From Girardia tigrina (Eukaryota): a stretch of 50,977 bases of DNA. A model generated the notes under the pieces. It had not been told where the DNA came from. It ran no database searches and was given only the letters and a program-made list of their open reading frames with translations. The number at the start of each line of letters is the position of its first letter. Within the stretch, counting starts at the first letter, position 1. Below, piece after piece: positions 25,901 to 41,600 of the stretch. Location of the stretch: NCBI GenBank assembly GCA_001938485.1, contig MQRK01231771.1, forward strand, positions 3,158-54,134, read 5' to 3'. The translations under genes and the position numbers were made by a program.

Positions 25901-28900
25901 CTAGTCGTGACGGAAATTCCAACACCAACTCACTAAAGAATTCTTATTCGATTCTCGAACATCAGTTTTGTATTTATCGAATGGCGTAACGACTGGATTC
26001 GGGGAATTGAATTTGTTACCCGCACAGTTTTGGTTCAGACCTTCCCCAATTTAATCACCCACGACCCAGATACTTTGCAGCCAACAGTATTCAAATTTAT
26101 TTTATTGAAATTCAGACAAGCTTACAATTTTGGAGTCTTCGGTGTTTGATAAGTATTTATTGTGATTTAATCCGATTTCTGGCGCAGTGATCGTTTGAAA
26201 GTCTTTAATCTTTTTATTATTAATCTTTTTACACAGTCTCTTGTATCCAACATAGACCACCCCTTGTTTAAAATATAAAACTAAACAATCAAATATATTT
26301 GTTTAAAAATCTTTACACAAATATGTTCTTTTTGAAAATCCACAATTTATTAGTAACTTAATAAGTTTGATCATCCAATGATAAAACGTTTTTGTCCGAA
26401 TTTTCGATCCACAAATGTTTAAATTATTGCTACAATTTTTTATAGTAAACATTTATAATTCTACTTGGTTTAACATAATGTTGTATAGTATAAACTTAAT
26501 TTTACCTAGTTGTGTAACATTTTGTATTGTTAAATCCAATTAATGCGTAATTATTTAATTTTCTAAACAATAAACTTTATTCCATGGTTTCTAATTATAT
26601 TAGGCCTTTCTCAGCTGTACGAATTATAACTTCTGTTACATTGGCGGACAAGGTATTTAACCATAATTTTGTTCTCTAATTAAATTATACAGGTCTGATG
26701 GTTACCAACAATTATCGTTTTTTATTCAATATGACAGAATCAACAAAAAATATCACACCAAAAACAATTTCATATTCACCACGGAACGAACATTTTATTT
26801 ACAACATTAAAACAACAATAGTCCAAAACAAATATCTTTCAAAATCGAATTATAATTAGTTTTTTAGTCAATTTTATTTCGACATTAAAACCCACAAAAA
26901 TTGCTTTCTCAATGTGAAATTCGTTAGAAATTTTTTTATAACAATACAATATTTTATAATAATTATAATTACTTTCAAAAATATGAATAATTAATTATAA
27001 ATACTATACTACATTTACAAATAAAAATATATATATTATAATTTTAATTGCTTCTCATTCTAACTTTTTCACCTTCATTGCATGTAGTATGCAATTTTTG
27101 ACAAATTGGAATCAGACTAGGATTTTAACGTACAAAAAATTATGATTGTTGTATACCAAAATTATAAAACTATAGGTGAAATTACGTAAATTGGAATTTC
27201 CGGGCAAATAAGGCGTCATTAGAACGAATATTTTACGCTGATTAATAATATCTAATTTGTTTTACTATGAAATGTGTGGCTTAAGAGTTATGAAAGTAAA
27301 GTTATAAAAATATAGATGAGCGAAAACTTGAGTGAGTAGCATACTAACCATTTTCTATTTCTTAGATCAGTTTAAAGATACAGCAATCTGATTGGTAAGA
27401 TTTAAAACTCGGAATTTTCCGGAGGTACATAATTTTTTTATGACAAGTTGGTATTTTGTCCTAGTCTATATTGGATTAATGGATTAAAGAAAACTGCAAA
27501 ACAATCAGGCAAATGCAGTGTCTATGAGAGTCATTTTGATTTCAGATTTTTACCTCAAATCCTCATTTAGCCTCCTTTTGTGTAAAAAGTTTTTAATTCC
27601 AAAAATGTTTTAGTCGTGCATATTTGGCTTTATGATACTTATCCAAAAATATATAGTCTGTGGGCTCTTTTTAAAGTGTAGTGGTAAATAACGGTATCAA
27701 TAAACTTATACATACATACCAAGTACAATAGCGCCTTCTTTCACTGCTTTAGAAAATACTCTAAAAATACATAAAATAGAAATAAATAATATTTAATTCT
27801 GAAAAATCTGTGTTTTTATAAAGAATATTTTGGACGTGTTTTACACTATCAGCAATCACATCGCGAATCCTCGTTCCGATGTTACCAATGTTTCTCATAA
27901 AATATTGCTGAGAATATCCATGTTCAACCGTCGTATTTAGATCTTCCAACTTCACTGGTTCCGTTCGATAAACATATTTTTTCAAATAGTGTCGCATAGG
28001 AAATATTTCTTTTCTGAAAAAATGAAATCTTTTCTGAATCCAAATTCGTTCTTTCATTTTTTCTTCAAAAAATATTTTATTTCTTAACTTTCTTTCACTT
28101 CATTTCTGAATCTTAAGTTTACATATCAAATAATTAAAGAAAAATAAATAAACGAATAAATAAAATATACACATTTACAGTAAAAACTATAACTCGCATT
28201 TACGTATACCGACGGAAAAAGGATAGAAATAAAAATGTACAAGCCTTTCTATTAAACTATCAAAAAATGAGATACAAAATTAATATATAGTCATCGTTTA
28301 CTGAGTTATTTGATTGATATCAATATTTTGTTTCTACACTGATGAATGAATCAATAAGTAATTAACCTTGTCGAGACAACCAAGATAATAAATACTTTTA
28401 TCGCCTAGCATTTCAAAATATCGTTCACCAGTAATAAAAACCAGTGAGATTATCATTTCCACTGATATTGAGCATCAAAATGTTAGTCATTCTAGATGTA
28501 GTGGTCTACAATTTGATCTATAAGGATCTTTTAGTCCAAAAATTGCCAATTTCGCTTGTTTTTATATCTTTGTACATCGATATGAGTTTCGTTACGAAAC
28601 TATATCCTTTTTCAGGAGATCGATAGAAAGCTAGCATATTCGCTAATTGACTCATATGCTTGAATTTCTTACGGGAAAAGACTAATACCAATCTTTAATA
28701 TTCGATGCACCGATGATTTGTTAATGTTCATAACTCCTGTTGTATGTCTTTCTGAAGCATTAGGACTTGTTTTGATAAAGCTCCCAAAATGTTATCGGTG
28801 ATGTCTTCTGTTACAATATTCTGTAGCATAAATAATTTGTTTATATCCAGGCATAGAGAGAAGCTCTTCATCAGTTTAAAAGTTTTTTTTAGTTTTCAAA

Positions 28901-30969
28901 TTCAATTTTTTATCGATCCACGGTTTCTTGTCAGGTTACTTTTTTATCGTTAAAAACAAAAGTTTTATTTTTTTTATTTTAATCAAAATATTTGATTTGA
29001 ATAGTCGTTATTCAATTTCGATGAGTATTTTTAATTTCCAGGTCTTCTTCTAAACTTTTTTTTGAATAAAAATAAATAATTAAATAAGATATATAAAGTA
29101 TTTAAAAAATAATCAATAATTACTAATAAGTATAGTAATTATAATTTAACTAACAGAAAAAAATGAATTAAATAAGTATAAAAGTTACCAACAGTATTGT
29201 GTCGCAAAAATAATAATCCGCATTAATTGTAATATATTTTTTCGTGAAAACCTATAATTGGTAATATTTGATGATAGGTATTGTTTCGTGAAAATCGATA
29301 ATCAGTAATGAGTGTGGATACGTATTGTCTCGTTAAAACTGTTAATTAGAAATAATCGTTAGTATTAGTCTGACAAAACAGAATCTGATCAAATAACGAC
29401 TCAGATAGTGGAAAATTTAGAATCAATAGAAATGACTGGAATTAAATTAATTGACCGGGTTAATAATTTCTTAAAAAATGACATTATGGTATTGATTTTT
29501 TTGAAATTCCTTGGTAATTATTTTTTAAAAGTTTTAAACAAACACAAGGTTTTTAGTTTTCGTGGTAAATGAAAATTTATTTATGTTCATTTTTACAAAA
29601 ATTCAAAAACCGATTTATGACTTTAAAAGAAACAACTTTTAAATAAAAAAAACTTCAATGATAACAATAAAAAAAACCATTTTAAGTGTTAATAAAAGTC
29701 TTGTCACATAAAAATAAATAAAATAAAAAATAATACACATACATGAAAAACACAAAATAAAAAAAATCACAGATGACTTAAAAAATAAAAGCTGTAATTG
29801 TATAAATAATTCAAATATGATATTTTATATAAATATGAATATTTACAGAATAAAACGAATATTTCTCATGGACAATTGTGATGATTGGATTCCAAAATAT
29901 TGTAAATTAGTTAAAGATGTAGTTAACTTATCCTAAGATATCAGAATTCCTTTAATTTCTTTCAGCATCCATCACTGGTGATGAAATGATCAGATTGAAT
30001 GCTTATTAAAAATCACATTTGGAGTATTAAAAAGAAATAGAATATATTACCTGTTAAAATAAACATACTGTAATAAATTTAGTCTTTTTAAAGAGAATAA
30101 TTAAAAGTGGTCTTATTGATGATTGATCCACTAAATTTATACAACATGTAACAGCTGAAGGAGCAGGATAAAAAGAAACTCATGCGTGTGACAGTCGAAA
30201 GTCTCTAAATAATGGTGGTCGAGAAGAAACAGAAATAATTTTGAGGAATAAAAAGGGAACCACATTTTTATTCTTTTTTTACTTATTCTCATTTGTCGTA
30301 CATCAGAATGCAAGTTTTTGAAGAACTGGTTCCATTTTTACTATCATGTAATATTTGAAATAAAAAATGTGACTAATATAAAAGTAAATCAAATTAGATT
30401 GAAACTACCATAAATTATTGCTAATACTAATTATACTTTACTACTGTAAGTAGAATCAGACAACAACAATTAATTTATTTATTTATAACTACAACAAACA
30501 CTTTGAACCCATCTGCAAGTTCTCTGATTGTTGTACGGGGATCTGTTTCCACCATTGTCCTCAAATTGTCGTTGTTCACAGCAACTGGACGACCACGACC
30601 TTCTTCATCTTCAAGGTTTTCATNNNNNNNNNNNNNNNNNNNNNNNNNNNNNNNNNNNNNNNNNNNNNNNNNNGCTCAGAAGCTGTTCCCTTGCCAAACG
30701 CTTTATTGATATTGCGAGCCGTTTCTGCTGCTTTACGACCCAGTTTAAATTCGTACAAGAAAATTGCTCGAATTTTACTTTTTTTCCATTATTAAAATTT
30801 AGCACCGTAAATATTCTAAAAAATAACAGCAATATGTTAATAATGGCTATAGGAATATACATCTAGGCATATGATTTCAAATAATATCTAACACATTTAA
30901 ACTTATATACATATCAAAGTAGATAAACAAAGTATAAAGCTCAAAAATCGCCATTATTTTTCGACTAAC

Positions 30970-31016
<47 letters not shown>

Positions 31017-31066
31017 NNNNNNNNNNNNNNNNNNNNNNNNNNNNNNNNNNNNNNNNNNNNNNNNNN

Positions 31067-31099
<33 letters not shown>

Positions 31100-34000
31100 T
31101 TTAGTAGTTAGGGTGGTGACGCATTGCGGTCGCATCCCGTCCGGTCCGTGATCGCATTTAAATTCATGGGACCGGTTCCACGGAACTAACCGGCGTGCAC
31201 CACGGAGGCTACTGGAAACTGAGGAATTGTGCACCTTCTGTCGGTACCGGAACCAGAGAGCGTCCTTCCGATCGTCTATCAAACGGTCCTGTCGAGAACA
31301 GAAGCACGAGTGATAATTACCGTCCAGAATCTTACCTAATCGAGATGGCTCTCGATAAAAATGTAACAGTCGGCCATCTTGTCTGAGGATACCAGAAGTC
31401 CGACACAATGTTGGTCGGGCACTAAGATGTGAGGAATACCATTCGAGCTCGCAATTAACAGTAATAAACCCAATAAACATATTGATATCGGATATCCTTC
31501 TGTGTTTCGAAAAATAATATATTCGAAACACAAGTATCACATCACTGCCTTTCTGAGATTTTGTAAATTGCATTTCAAAAAATTTAAGTATAAAGATACT
31601 TGACAAACGCATTTATTTTATTCTGATTTAGACGACATAAATATTCATAAATTAATTATTACATAATCACAATTTTTTAATAAATTTTTATTATCTATTA
31701 AACATTATTAATATTATTTAAATAATTATAGAGTTATTATATTCTCATTTTATTATTGATTCAGGCGGAATTATTTAAAAAATGTTTGTCTGACAAATTA
31801 ATTACATCAAATAATAAAAAATTAACTAATAAATATTAGGGGTTGGGTTAGGCTTAATATATTTAGTGTTTTTACTTATGAAATGTAAAATATGAAGATT
31901 TACGTGACTCGACCCTTTACTCGTAAAATGTTTTAGAGATTCGACTCGTAAAATAGTGACTCGTCGACAACACTGCTACAAAGCAATAATTATTACCACA
32001 GCCACCACTGACGTATACGTAATAAACTAGAGGTTCTCGACAAAAATGAAGTTCAGATTTGTGAACAGCGCATTCAAATTAGCTAGAAACAAGCAATTTC
32101 AAACAGGAAACATAACTTGTATTTATCTATGTAATTACAGTTAATAGTATCATTCAATAGAGCCTATCACTTTATTTTATAATACGGTGTGGGACAAACT
32201 ATTCTTGATGTTACTTACAATTTGGGCTTTTTTCTATGTGAGCTTTATTCGGTGTGGAATTTTTTCTGTGGGTTTTTTTCCATGTGGGCTATTTTCGTGT
32301 GGGCTTTTATGCCTGTGGTTTTTTTTCTGTGGGCATTTTTCGTGTGAGCTTTTTTCTGGGAACTATATATATATTTATATATATATTTTTTTGTTTTGGG
32401 AATATATATATATATATATATATATTCTGATTTTAAAGAAAAAATTTAATCAACAGACAACAATTTATCAATATGCACTATTCAGGAATGTATTTGAAAT
32501 GTTTTTTATACATTTAGTAAATACATACTTAAATACATTTCTATTTGCCAATCTGAAATTCCGATTCGATTTGGAAATCTTAAATTATCAGTTAAAACCT
32601 TAGTTTTCCCTATCTTATTCTTATATATATTCAAAAATCAGGGACAATTGCAAATTTGATACATTAAAACACGTAGTTATAGTAACGATTTTATTGAAAC
32701 AGATTAATATTTCAAACTTGATCGAATCTCTTTCAACAAATTGTCATTTTTCAATAAAAGTTCATACATTTTAGTACAAGACATGTCGTCCAAATTATCT
32801 TTAACTTGAATAAGAGCTTTGACGGTGGCAACATCTAGTGAGCTTCGTTCCTTAGTCCATTGCACGTTGCAGAGGGAAAAGACTCGTTCGGCAAAAGCAT
32901 TTGAAACGGGCACTGCCAAGATTGTACAGATCAGGCGCAAAATGCACGGTAAACCGTTATTGTTCTTAAAAATAAACTGCCACTTCTTCGGTGCTTTTGT
33001 CAATGAACTTTTCATTCGGAATTGCTGTCTATAATTTTTTTATATCCAGATCATAGTGGAGAGAACCATCTAATGTTATACGCTGCCCCAATATAAGTTC
33101 TGCTGGGTTAACTCCAATGGTACTTTGTCTGGAAGCTTTCAAACTGAACTCCAGTTATTTAATTCATAAAAGTTAGTCGGTTTTGTTGGATCGTTTTGGG
33201 TTGATCATATAAATTTGTAATAAACCTCGGTCCAATAATATGGTCACTTTAATATATGGTTGAGCTATTGTATCAAATCCTCTATTTTCGACTACAAGAC
33301 TTTTATTTTAATTAATATTTAATAAATAATATGTAGAACATAAAAATCATTGCAAAAAATGAAAGATCAAATTTATTACTAAATAATTTATTTTAAATAA
33401 ATTATATATATATACTACATCGATTCAATAGTTTTATAAACTTTGGTTACATTATACTATTACACAATATACATTAAAAGTAATTAAATATATTTTTTCA
33501 ATATTAAAACTTATTTTATTCAAAAACTGGTATTAATTGGATCGTTTTGGGTTGATAATATAAATTTGTCCAATAATATGGTCACTTTAATATATGGTTG
33601 AGCCTTTGTATCAAATCCTCTATTTTCGACTACAATACTTTTATTTTAATTAATATTTAATAAATAATATGTAGAACATAAAAATCATTGCAAAAAATGA
33701 AAGATCAAATTTATTACTTAATAATTTATTTTAAATAAATTATATATATATATACTACATCGATTCAATAGTTTTATAAACTTTGGTTACATTATACTAT
33801 TACACAATATACATTAAAAGTAATTAAATATATTTTTTCAATATTAAAACTTATTTTATTCAAAAACTGGTATTAATTGGATCGTTTTGGGTTGATAATA
33901 TAAATTTGTAATAAACCTCGGTCCAATAATATGGTCACTTTAATATATGGTTGAGCTTTTGTATCAAATCCTCTATTTTCGACTACAAGACTTTTATTTT

Positions 34001-35609
34001 AATTAATATTTAATAAATAATATGTAGAACATAAAAATCATTGCAAAAAATGAAAGATCAAATTTATTACTTAATAATTTATTTTAAATAAATTATATAT
34101 ATATACTACATCGATTCAATAGTTTTATAAACTTTGGTTACATTATACTATTATACACAATATACATTAAAAGTAATTAAATATATTTTTTCAATATTAA
34201 AACTTATTTTATTCAAAAACTTTCGAAATTTTATTAAAAATTCTGATGAATATTTTTAACGATGTGTGTTTTGCATTTTATATATTGTATGTTGCTTTTG
34301 GTATTAAATTTTAATACTTTACAAAATGTTTCAATATTATAAAATAATGGGAAGCATAAAATTGGAAGTTACTTTTTGCTACAGTCTAAGTCTCATTTTC
34401 GCTATAGTTAAAATATTTTTGCTATAGTAAAGATTATATCTAAATATTTTTAAAAATATATTTATTATTACATTAAAATTTAAAATGTCATAATTAATAT
34501 TTATTCATTTTTTGAGTGAATAATTATATAATAATTATTATGTTTGCTTCAAAAACTGCAAGCTATTAAATTTCAAACTTAAAAAAAAATTAATTATTTT
34601 TAAAAAATTTATAAAATAATTATTTTCAAGAAACAAATCAGACAATTTTTCCGACAATTATATTTGTGTGACAAAAAGTCACGTACATATTTACACATTT
34701 CCAGATAATATACAATTTAAAGTTTATAAGGCATAAAAAATCATATTTCTTTATTGCTTTTAAACAAAATATTTTTTATTAAACAATTTATTGAAGTCAT
34801 TTTGTCTTTAAATATCAATTTTTACATAACAAACATTTAATTTAATTTTTTCCTATAATAAAATCTTAATTTTCTACATAATAAAATTTTTAATTTTTTT
34901 TATAATAAAAACATTTATAGTTTTTAGTGAAACTCATAACTGAAAATTGTCAGATTTTTTTCTTTTTCACAATATTTCAAATCATATTCCCGAAATATTC
35001 ACAATTAGCAGTCAAATTCCACTAATCAATTCTCATTTTTTCTATCAATTTGATTTCCGAACAAAGTATGTTATCTGTCTTCAGAACGACCGAGTGATTC
35101 ACAATACAAAAACAAATAATTTGTTTTCAAACTTTATTTGTATAACAATTTTCCACTTGATTTTCATCCACCAAACTCAGAATATTAAAAAAAATTCTAT
35201 ATTCTGTTACTTATTTACCTTTATTTTATTTTAATTCACCGTTATTCTGGAGGAACCATTTTATTTAGATTATACTAAGTATTTACGATTGTCAAGGCTT
35301 TGGAAATATGAGGCATTACATCAACACTACTCTTAATTATATTATTGTTATTAAATAATTTTTCAATATTAAATAAATCTTAAACAATCAAATTCTTCTT
35401 TTTGATACAATGCCTAACATGATTATCTCTTAACCCGAATATCTTTTAAGAAAAAATACATTATTAACTAGCACAAACTTTGTGGCAGTTGTATCTCGTC
35501 ATTATTTACACAACACTAGTACCCCAACACCCTATTCCAGTATTCTGGGAAAAATGAAAATGGGTTTTACAGAAAATTACATTTATCGAGAATAAAATAA
35601 TAATGACAA

Positions 35610-35670
<61 letters not shown>

Positions 35671-38600
35671 CAATAGTCTGAATTTTTAGCATTAATATTT
35701 ATTGACAAAAAAAACCAATTCTTGTCGAAAGTTGTTCCCATAACCTTTCAGTGAGCTCTCCTGATGTTCAAATACCTTTCCTGTTAGAAAAATACCAATT
35801 AATGTTCAAAATTAATTCAAAATGTTCAACTACCATAATAATAAATTACTTTATTTCCAATATTGCCTCCAGGCGTTCCACTTGAATTAACTCGTCAACC
35901 GGCACTTCCAGAAGAAGACAGCGTTATAAGAAGTCCGATTTCACCCCTCATATCTTCACTTCACTTTTCTGTCGTCCATAAGGCTCCTTAAAAAATCCTG
36001 AAAAAAACAAAATAATTAATTAAACACAGGCCAATTGAGGGAAACTTAAGATTTTCAATATGGTCACTGTTAATCACCGTCATATGACACGGTTGGATTA
36101 GACAGGGCTATTGGTCATAAATTATCGGAATTTTGTCGGAGTTGCCACTTTGTGTACGTGAGTTCACTCTATATCGACATGAAGGGTGTTCAAAGCGCCG
36201 TAAGTGGTATTTAAACGGCGTAAAATCAATCGGGGCTTCTACTTTCTGCATATTTTGTTACTTGATTGTGAAACTACGATTACCTTCGACGAACAATGTT
36301 TCCTTGATATCACGAGAGGACTATCAACTTTTCAAGGAACCGTAAACGAATTGCGAGACGGCTATCACTTTGCCGAGAATCCGAGGAACCGAGGAACAAA
36401 GTTTCGAGAGTTACAATCAGACACCAGTGGAGACTTGCTCAATTTTATTGTTTTAATTTTTTATGTATTATTTTATTAAAGCTGTTGCGCTCGTTAAATT
36501 TTGAAAAATTAAATATATATTATTCTTTCAAAAGGTGTTTGTTATTTAATGAATTAATTAGAAATCAAAATGTTATCTTTTGTTTGTAGGTCGATTATGA
36601 TTTATAATGATAATAACGACTAATTAACTTTCAGAATTTGAGGATAAATATGAGCTACCCTTTATCTGAGTGTTATTCGAAAATAGTAATTATTATTAAT
36701 AATTCTTTAATATTTACCTTAATAAGTTTTTCGAAAATAGTTTTGTTCGTTGATCTGTAATTAATCATAATTAAGAGCGTATTAAATATTTGACAGTACT
36801 GGCATACACGACCATTTTTGGGGACATAGTATCGTCGAATTGCAAAGATCAATAATTTCAGTTCTGATTGATATTTTGGTATTTTGTATTGAAAGATAGC
36901 TGGAGTATGGTTAAAAGTTCTAATCGTTTAATTATTAATCTTATATAGTATAAACATTAATCGTATAAAATGAAGTGTCAATTTAATACAATTATATAAA
37001 TATTCGTTATTGTATTACGTAACTGTTATTTCATTATTTTAATAACTTTTGATAATTATAATAATCAATTTTAATATTAGTTTTTCGGGTTAATGGATAT
37101 TGTAGTGCCCTACTTACTGACACGGCGTGATTATTTTATTTATGTGTTCTTTGACCTTTGTGTTTACTTTCGAGTGCTCTGATGTTTCTTTCGTGTTTGA
37201 CGTGTGTTTTCATCGTTGCTGTGCTTTCGAATGTTTGTTTGCTTGTTTATTTATTTTGCGAAAATGAACGTGATTCTTCACCTAGAAATGTACCTTTTTT
37301 GATATTTTTCCCGTTCAAGAATTATTTGAAAGAGAAGAAAATTGTCTCTGACGAACGTGTTTCATTGATCTTTGGGTTATGTTAAATCAATATTTAAAGA
37401 ATTTTCGTCATCTCTTTCACCGGGAGATTGCATCAGTATTTCTGTAAAAAAAATAATAAATGAAGACGAAGATGAAGAATTTATGAGCGGAATGGTGGAG
37501 AAAACTGATGATAATTCTGAAGGAATATTTGACAATGAAAGTTCTAATTATGATACTGAAAAATATCTAAAAGAAAGTAACATCCATTCTTTCGAAACAA
37601 ATATTGAAGATTTAAATGATCCAAATCATGATACCATATATCTTGAGTTTCATCATAAATCATTTACAGAAAATTCTAACAATTTCTTAAAAAAATGTCA
37701 ACAAACAATTCACTGCTGCCAAAGTAGTTGAAAAGTTACCAAATTGATGAAGAAGATTTCTATAATAAGAAATTTTTATATAATAAAAAAATGATGAAAG
37801 TTTGATGATAATAATAATAATTTTTATTAAAGTTTGATGAGTTTTTCTTTATTTACTTATTTTGACTATTGTTATTTATTTATTTTTTTTGTTAGTACGA
37901 AACTAGATTAAACCAATTTCGTCATGTCATTTGGTTTAATCTAGTTAGATTTTGTTAACTTATTTTTTGTAGTAAAATTAGTGATTTTAGTGAAACGACA
38001 AATCACTAATTTTACAGATATCTATATAAACATTTGGCCAATTAACGACAAATCATAAAATAAAATAATCAAATCTTAAACTTTGGGTTTTTTCCACAAG
38101 GTAGTTAAAAAAATCACTTGGTTTTTTATTGTTGTAACCACACGGTAAACACCACCCCATCGTAAAATTGTAGTCATGAGCCACGGTTGGCCGCTGTTTT
38201 CCGCTGTCTAATTCAATCATGTTTGCACCAGGAACCGTTGATTGAAAAAACACGTCTCTTTTGTCTCTCCACCTCAACACCATCATTTTCCTTTTTCTAC
38301 AGGCTTTTATTGTATGAACGAGCGTCACTCGATTTTTGCGGTCGGAAGAGGTTTATGACGACGATTCACGCTCGTTCAAAGAGGTAGGGTGGTTAAGTAA
38401 TAGAAAACAAGTAATAACAATTGTTTCATAAATAATTTCACTAATTTCTCTGTTAAGTGGTGGTAATTACTTAATTCTCAGGATTAGACTTATAATATAC
38501 TTATAATATAATATAAATAATAACAAACTTCACAAAAATAATTATATGAATATACAAATATTCAAAAATATAAATATGAAAGTAATAATAAGATTCTCGT

Positions 38601-41600
38601 GATAATTAACGGATAACATCAAATAGTAGGTGGACATGAAATAGTAGGTGTAATGAAGTTTTCAAAAAATTTTCCACCTACTATTTAAATAGTAGGTGGA
38701 ATCAAATAGTAGGTGTATCGTTTTTAAAGCAATTTATAAAAAAAATATTTTTAAAAATGAAAAAAGAACTTTATAAAAATTAAAAAATGTGTCATATAAA
38801 TTTTAATTTGTTTTATTTCTGCCAATTGTTTAGAATGGCATATTTCGAAACATGATGTGTATGGTGAACGTTTTGTAAAAAAGTATTTGTCGGAATCCCA
38901 AAAAGAAACTGATCACAGTGATAGTGAAGANNNNNNNNNNNNNNNNNNNNNNNNNNNNNNNNNNNNNNNNNNNNNNNNNNNNNNNNNNNNNNNNNNNNNN
39001 NNNNNNNNNNNNTCAAAACAAAAGCACCAAATAGTAGGTGTAAACCAATATTGGGCGCCTTTTCAATTTTTTTCCACCTACTATTAAAATAGTAGGTGTC
39101 CTACTATTTCATGTTATCCGTTATATAAATATAATACAATATCCGTTAAAGATCTACAAACTTCGATATAACAATAATCGATTAATACATTCCATATAAT
39201 AGTAAATCAATTGTTATAATAATAATGATAATTATAATTTCAATATATATCATTCCCATCAGACACAGAGTCGGTCTGTCTGGCCTTATGCCTGTTACAG
39301 ATCAGAAGTCGAAGGCACTCGGATTCTGGCACTGCTCGCAGATGTCAGAGAAAGAGACGCGCCCTTCGGTGACATTAGGGAGCTGTTGCGCTGTTGCGAG
39401 TCCGTTTCGGTTAAATAAATTCCTGTTGGATACAGGTGGGGGCTCAGATTCATCAGGTTCTTTTTTCCAACATTTTCCTTTTTGTTTTCATTTTCGAAAA
39501 CAAGGCGGACCACAACACTTTGATTTAATGGATAATTTAAACTCTTTCTATTTTAATAACTTATATTAACTTTTTTTACAAATATATTTTTATCAAAAAA
39601 TTAGAAAATTTTAACAATTTCCATTTAAAATTTGGTCATTTTTTCAGGTACCTTTAAAAATATCGTTATTTATAATTTCGTAAACTAAATGTCATTATTC
39701 ACTTTGCCGAATTTTTAATTGTCGTTATTAGGAGTTACTTAGTTTTATTTTCACTGACAAATTTTAATAATTTAGAATTGATTAAATTTTAAATATTTTA
39801 ACAACTTAACTGTCCAATGGTTCATATATGACTCACGAGGAACTTTAGGAACAAGTTCATGAGTCACAGATGACTCATTTTTTGATATGATTTGAAATCT
39901 ATTTTTGTTGAGTGTGGTACAGTATTATAATAAAAACCACGTGAGCATTAACAAAAAACTTTATCTTTTGAGAATGAAATAAATTTTGGCAAGTTTTTAT
40001 GTACTCATATTGACCATTGCACTTGTGATATAAAACAAAAATAACGGACAACGGAAACGTTTAATTATGCAAAATATTACAAGAATTTGTGATGAATCAA
40101 ACGTGTTTTTCGTTATAATAATCCAAACAAAATGCTTTGTTATATTTTCTTGCACTCTGTATGCGCTTTCTAAGCTTTTCGAGCAAACTGCCCTTGAAAT
40201 TTTAGTTGGGCATAGCAACCGCTACATCTTTCTAAATAATTTACTGTTTACTGTATTACTGTATAATTAAAATTCAATTCCTAAATAATTTTTCTTTAAT
40301 TTTAAATCATTCCATTTTAAATTATTTTTTTAATAAAACTTTCCATTGACAATTAAATTCAATAACATTATGATTTTTATTTTAGACTTGATTTTAAAAT
40401 ATTCAATAAATTATTTTTTTCTTTAATAAAAACTTTCCGTGTACAATTAAATTCGATAAACATTCTAATTTTATTTTAAATAGTGTTACAAAATATATCA
40501 AAATCTTCTTTACAATATTCTTTAACTTCGAAGATGATATTTTAATTGTGAATTTTTAAAACTTAATTTTTATAAAAATTTGTCCCAATTTAATTAAAAT
40601 ATTATCATTACTCTAAAATTTTTTACAAAACTTATTTCAATTTAATTAGTAGAAATATTACCTATAAAATATATTTTTTATGCAATCTTATTTATTTTAA
40701 TTAGTAAAAAATATTATCTTACTTAAGCGATAATATCGAAACAAAAAACAAACAAAAAAATCAATTAAGCAGAATAAAACATCATTGTATACCTACGACA
40801 AATATATTTTCTTTTTCTCCGGAACAATATTTTATTTCAAATGAAAATTTCGACAAATATGTTTGCTGATCAGTTATTCTTCGACAAATATATTTTCTTT
40901 TTCTCTGGAACAATATTTTATTTCAAATGAAAATTTCGACAAATATATTTGCTGATCGGTTATTCTTCTCGTGTGAAATTTTAAAGTAATTGTAATCAAA
41001 TAAATGAAGTTAAATAGAACTTTAAAGTAATTGTAATTAAATAAATGAAACTTTCAAGTGGTGTTTTTTGGGGGCAAGTCTTATACGCACCAGTTCGGCA
41101 ATTTTTAATTTATCTAAAATATAAATATGATTTTTAATTAAAAAATATCAAAAATGTAAAATTCACCAAAAGGAACCCCAACAGAGGGCTTTGGGTTAAG
41201 ATTCATGTACATTGTTACATCAAAAAAGGTTTTCATCTCTTCTCTACTAAAATCTTACCACCTTGACATCCTTCTAAATTGAGCAGTATGAACTTGTTTC
41301 AATAAATTAGCATAATTATTGGTATGAATCACAATTTAGCCAATCAAATCATCATGTACAAAATGTTCGTAGATTTTAGTCAATGAAAGGCGTCTATCGG
41401 CAACAATAGCGTCCAAATTTGTACTTCATGATTTCCTGTAAATTCTTCTCTCCCTATAGACAAAATATCGGATTTCCATTCTGAATCGGGGACGTTAGGT
41501 GAAGCTTTACCTTCTAAAGTGGGCAACTGTAAAATAGGGTCGACAGTTGAAGGTAAACCTTTTGGAGTCGGCTATTGGGATGATACTGCAGTTCTTGCGA

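Noticed and set aside
37372-37731. 119-aa acidic + strand ORF
   Set aside because: Low complexity with a TTG start; might be a piggyBac N-terminal relic but has no diagnostic motif.
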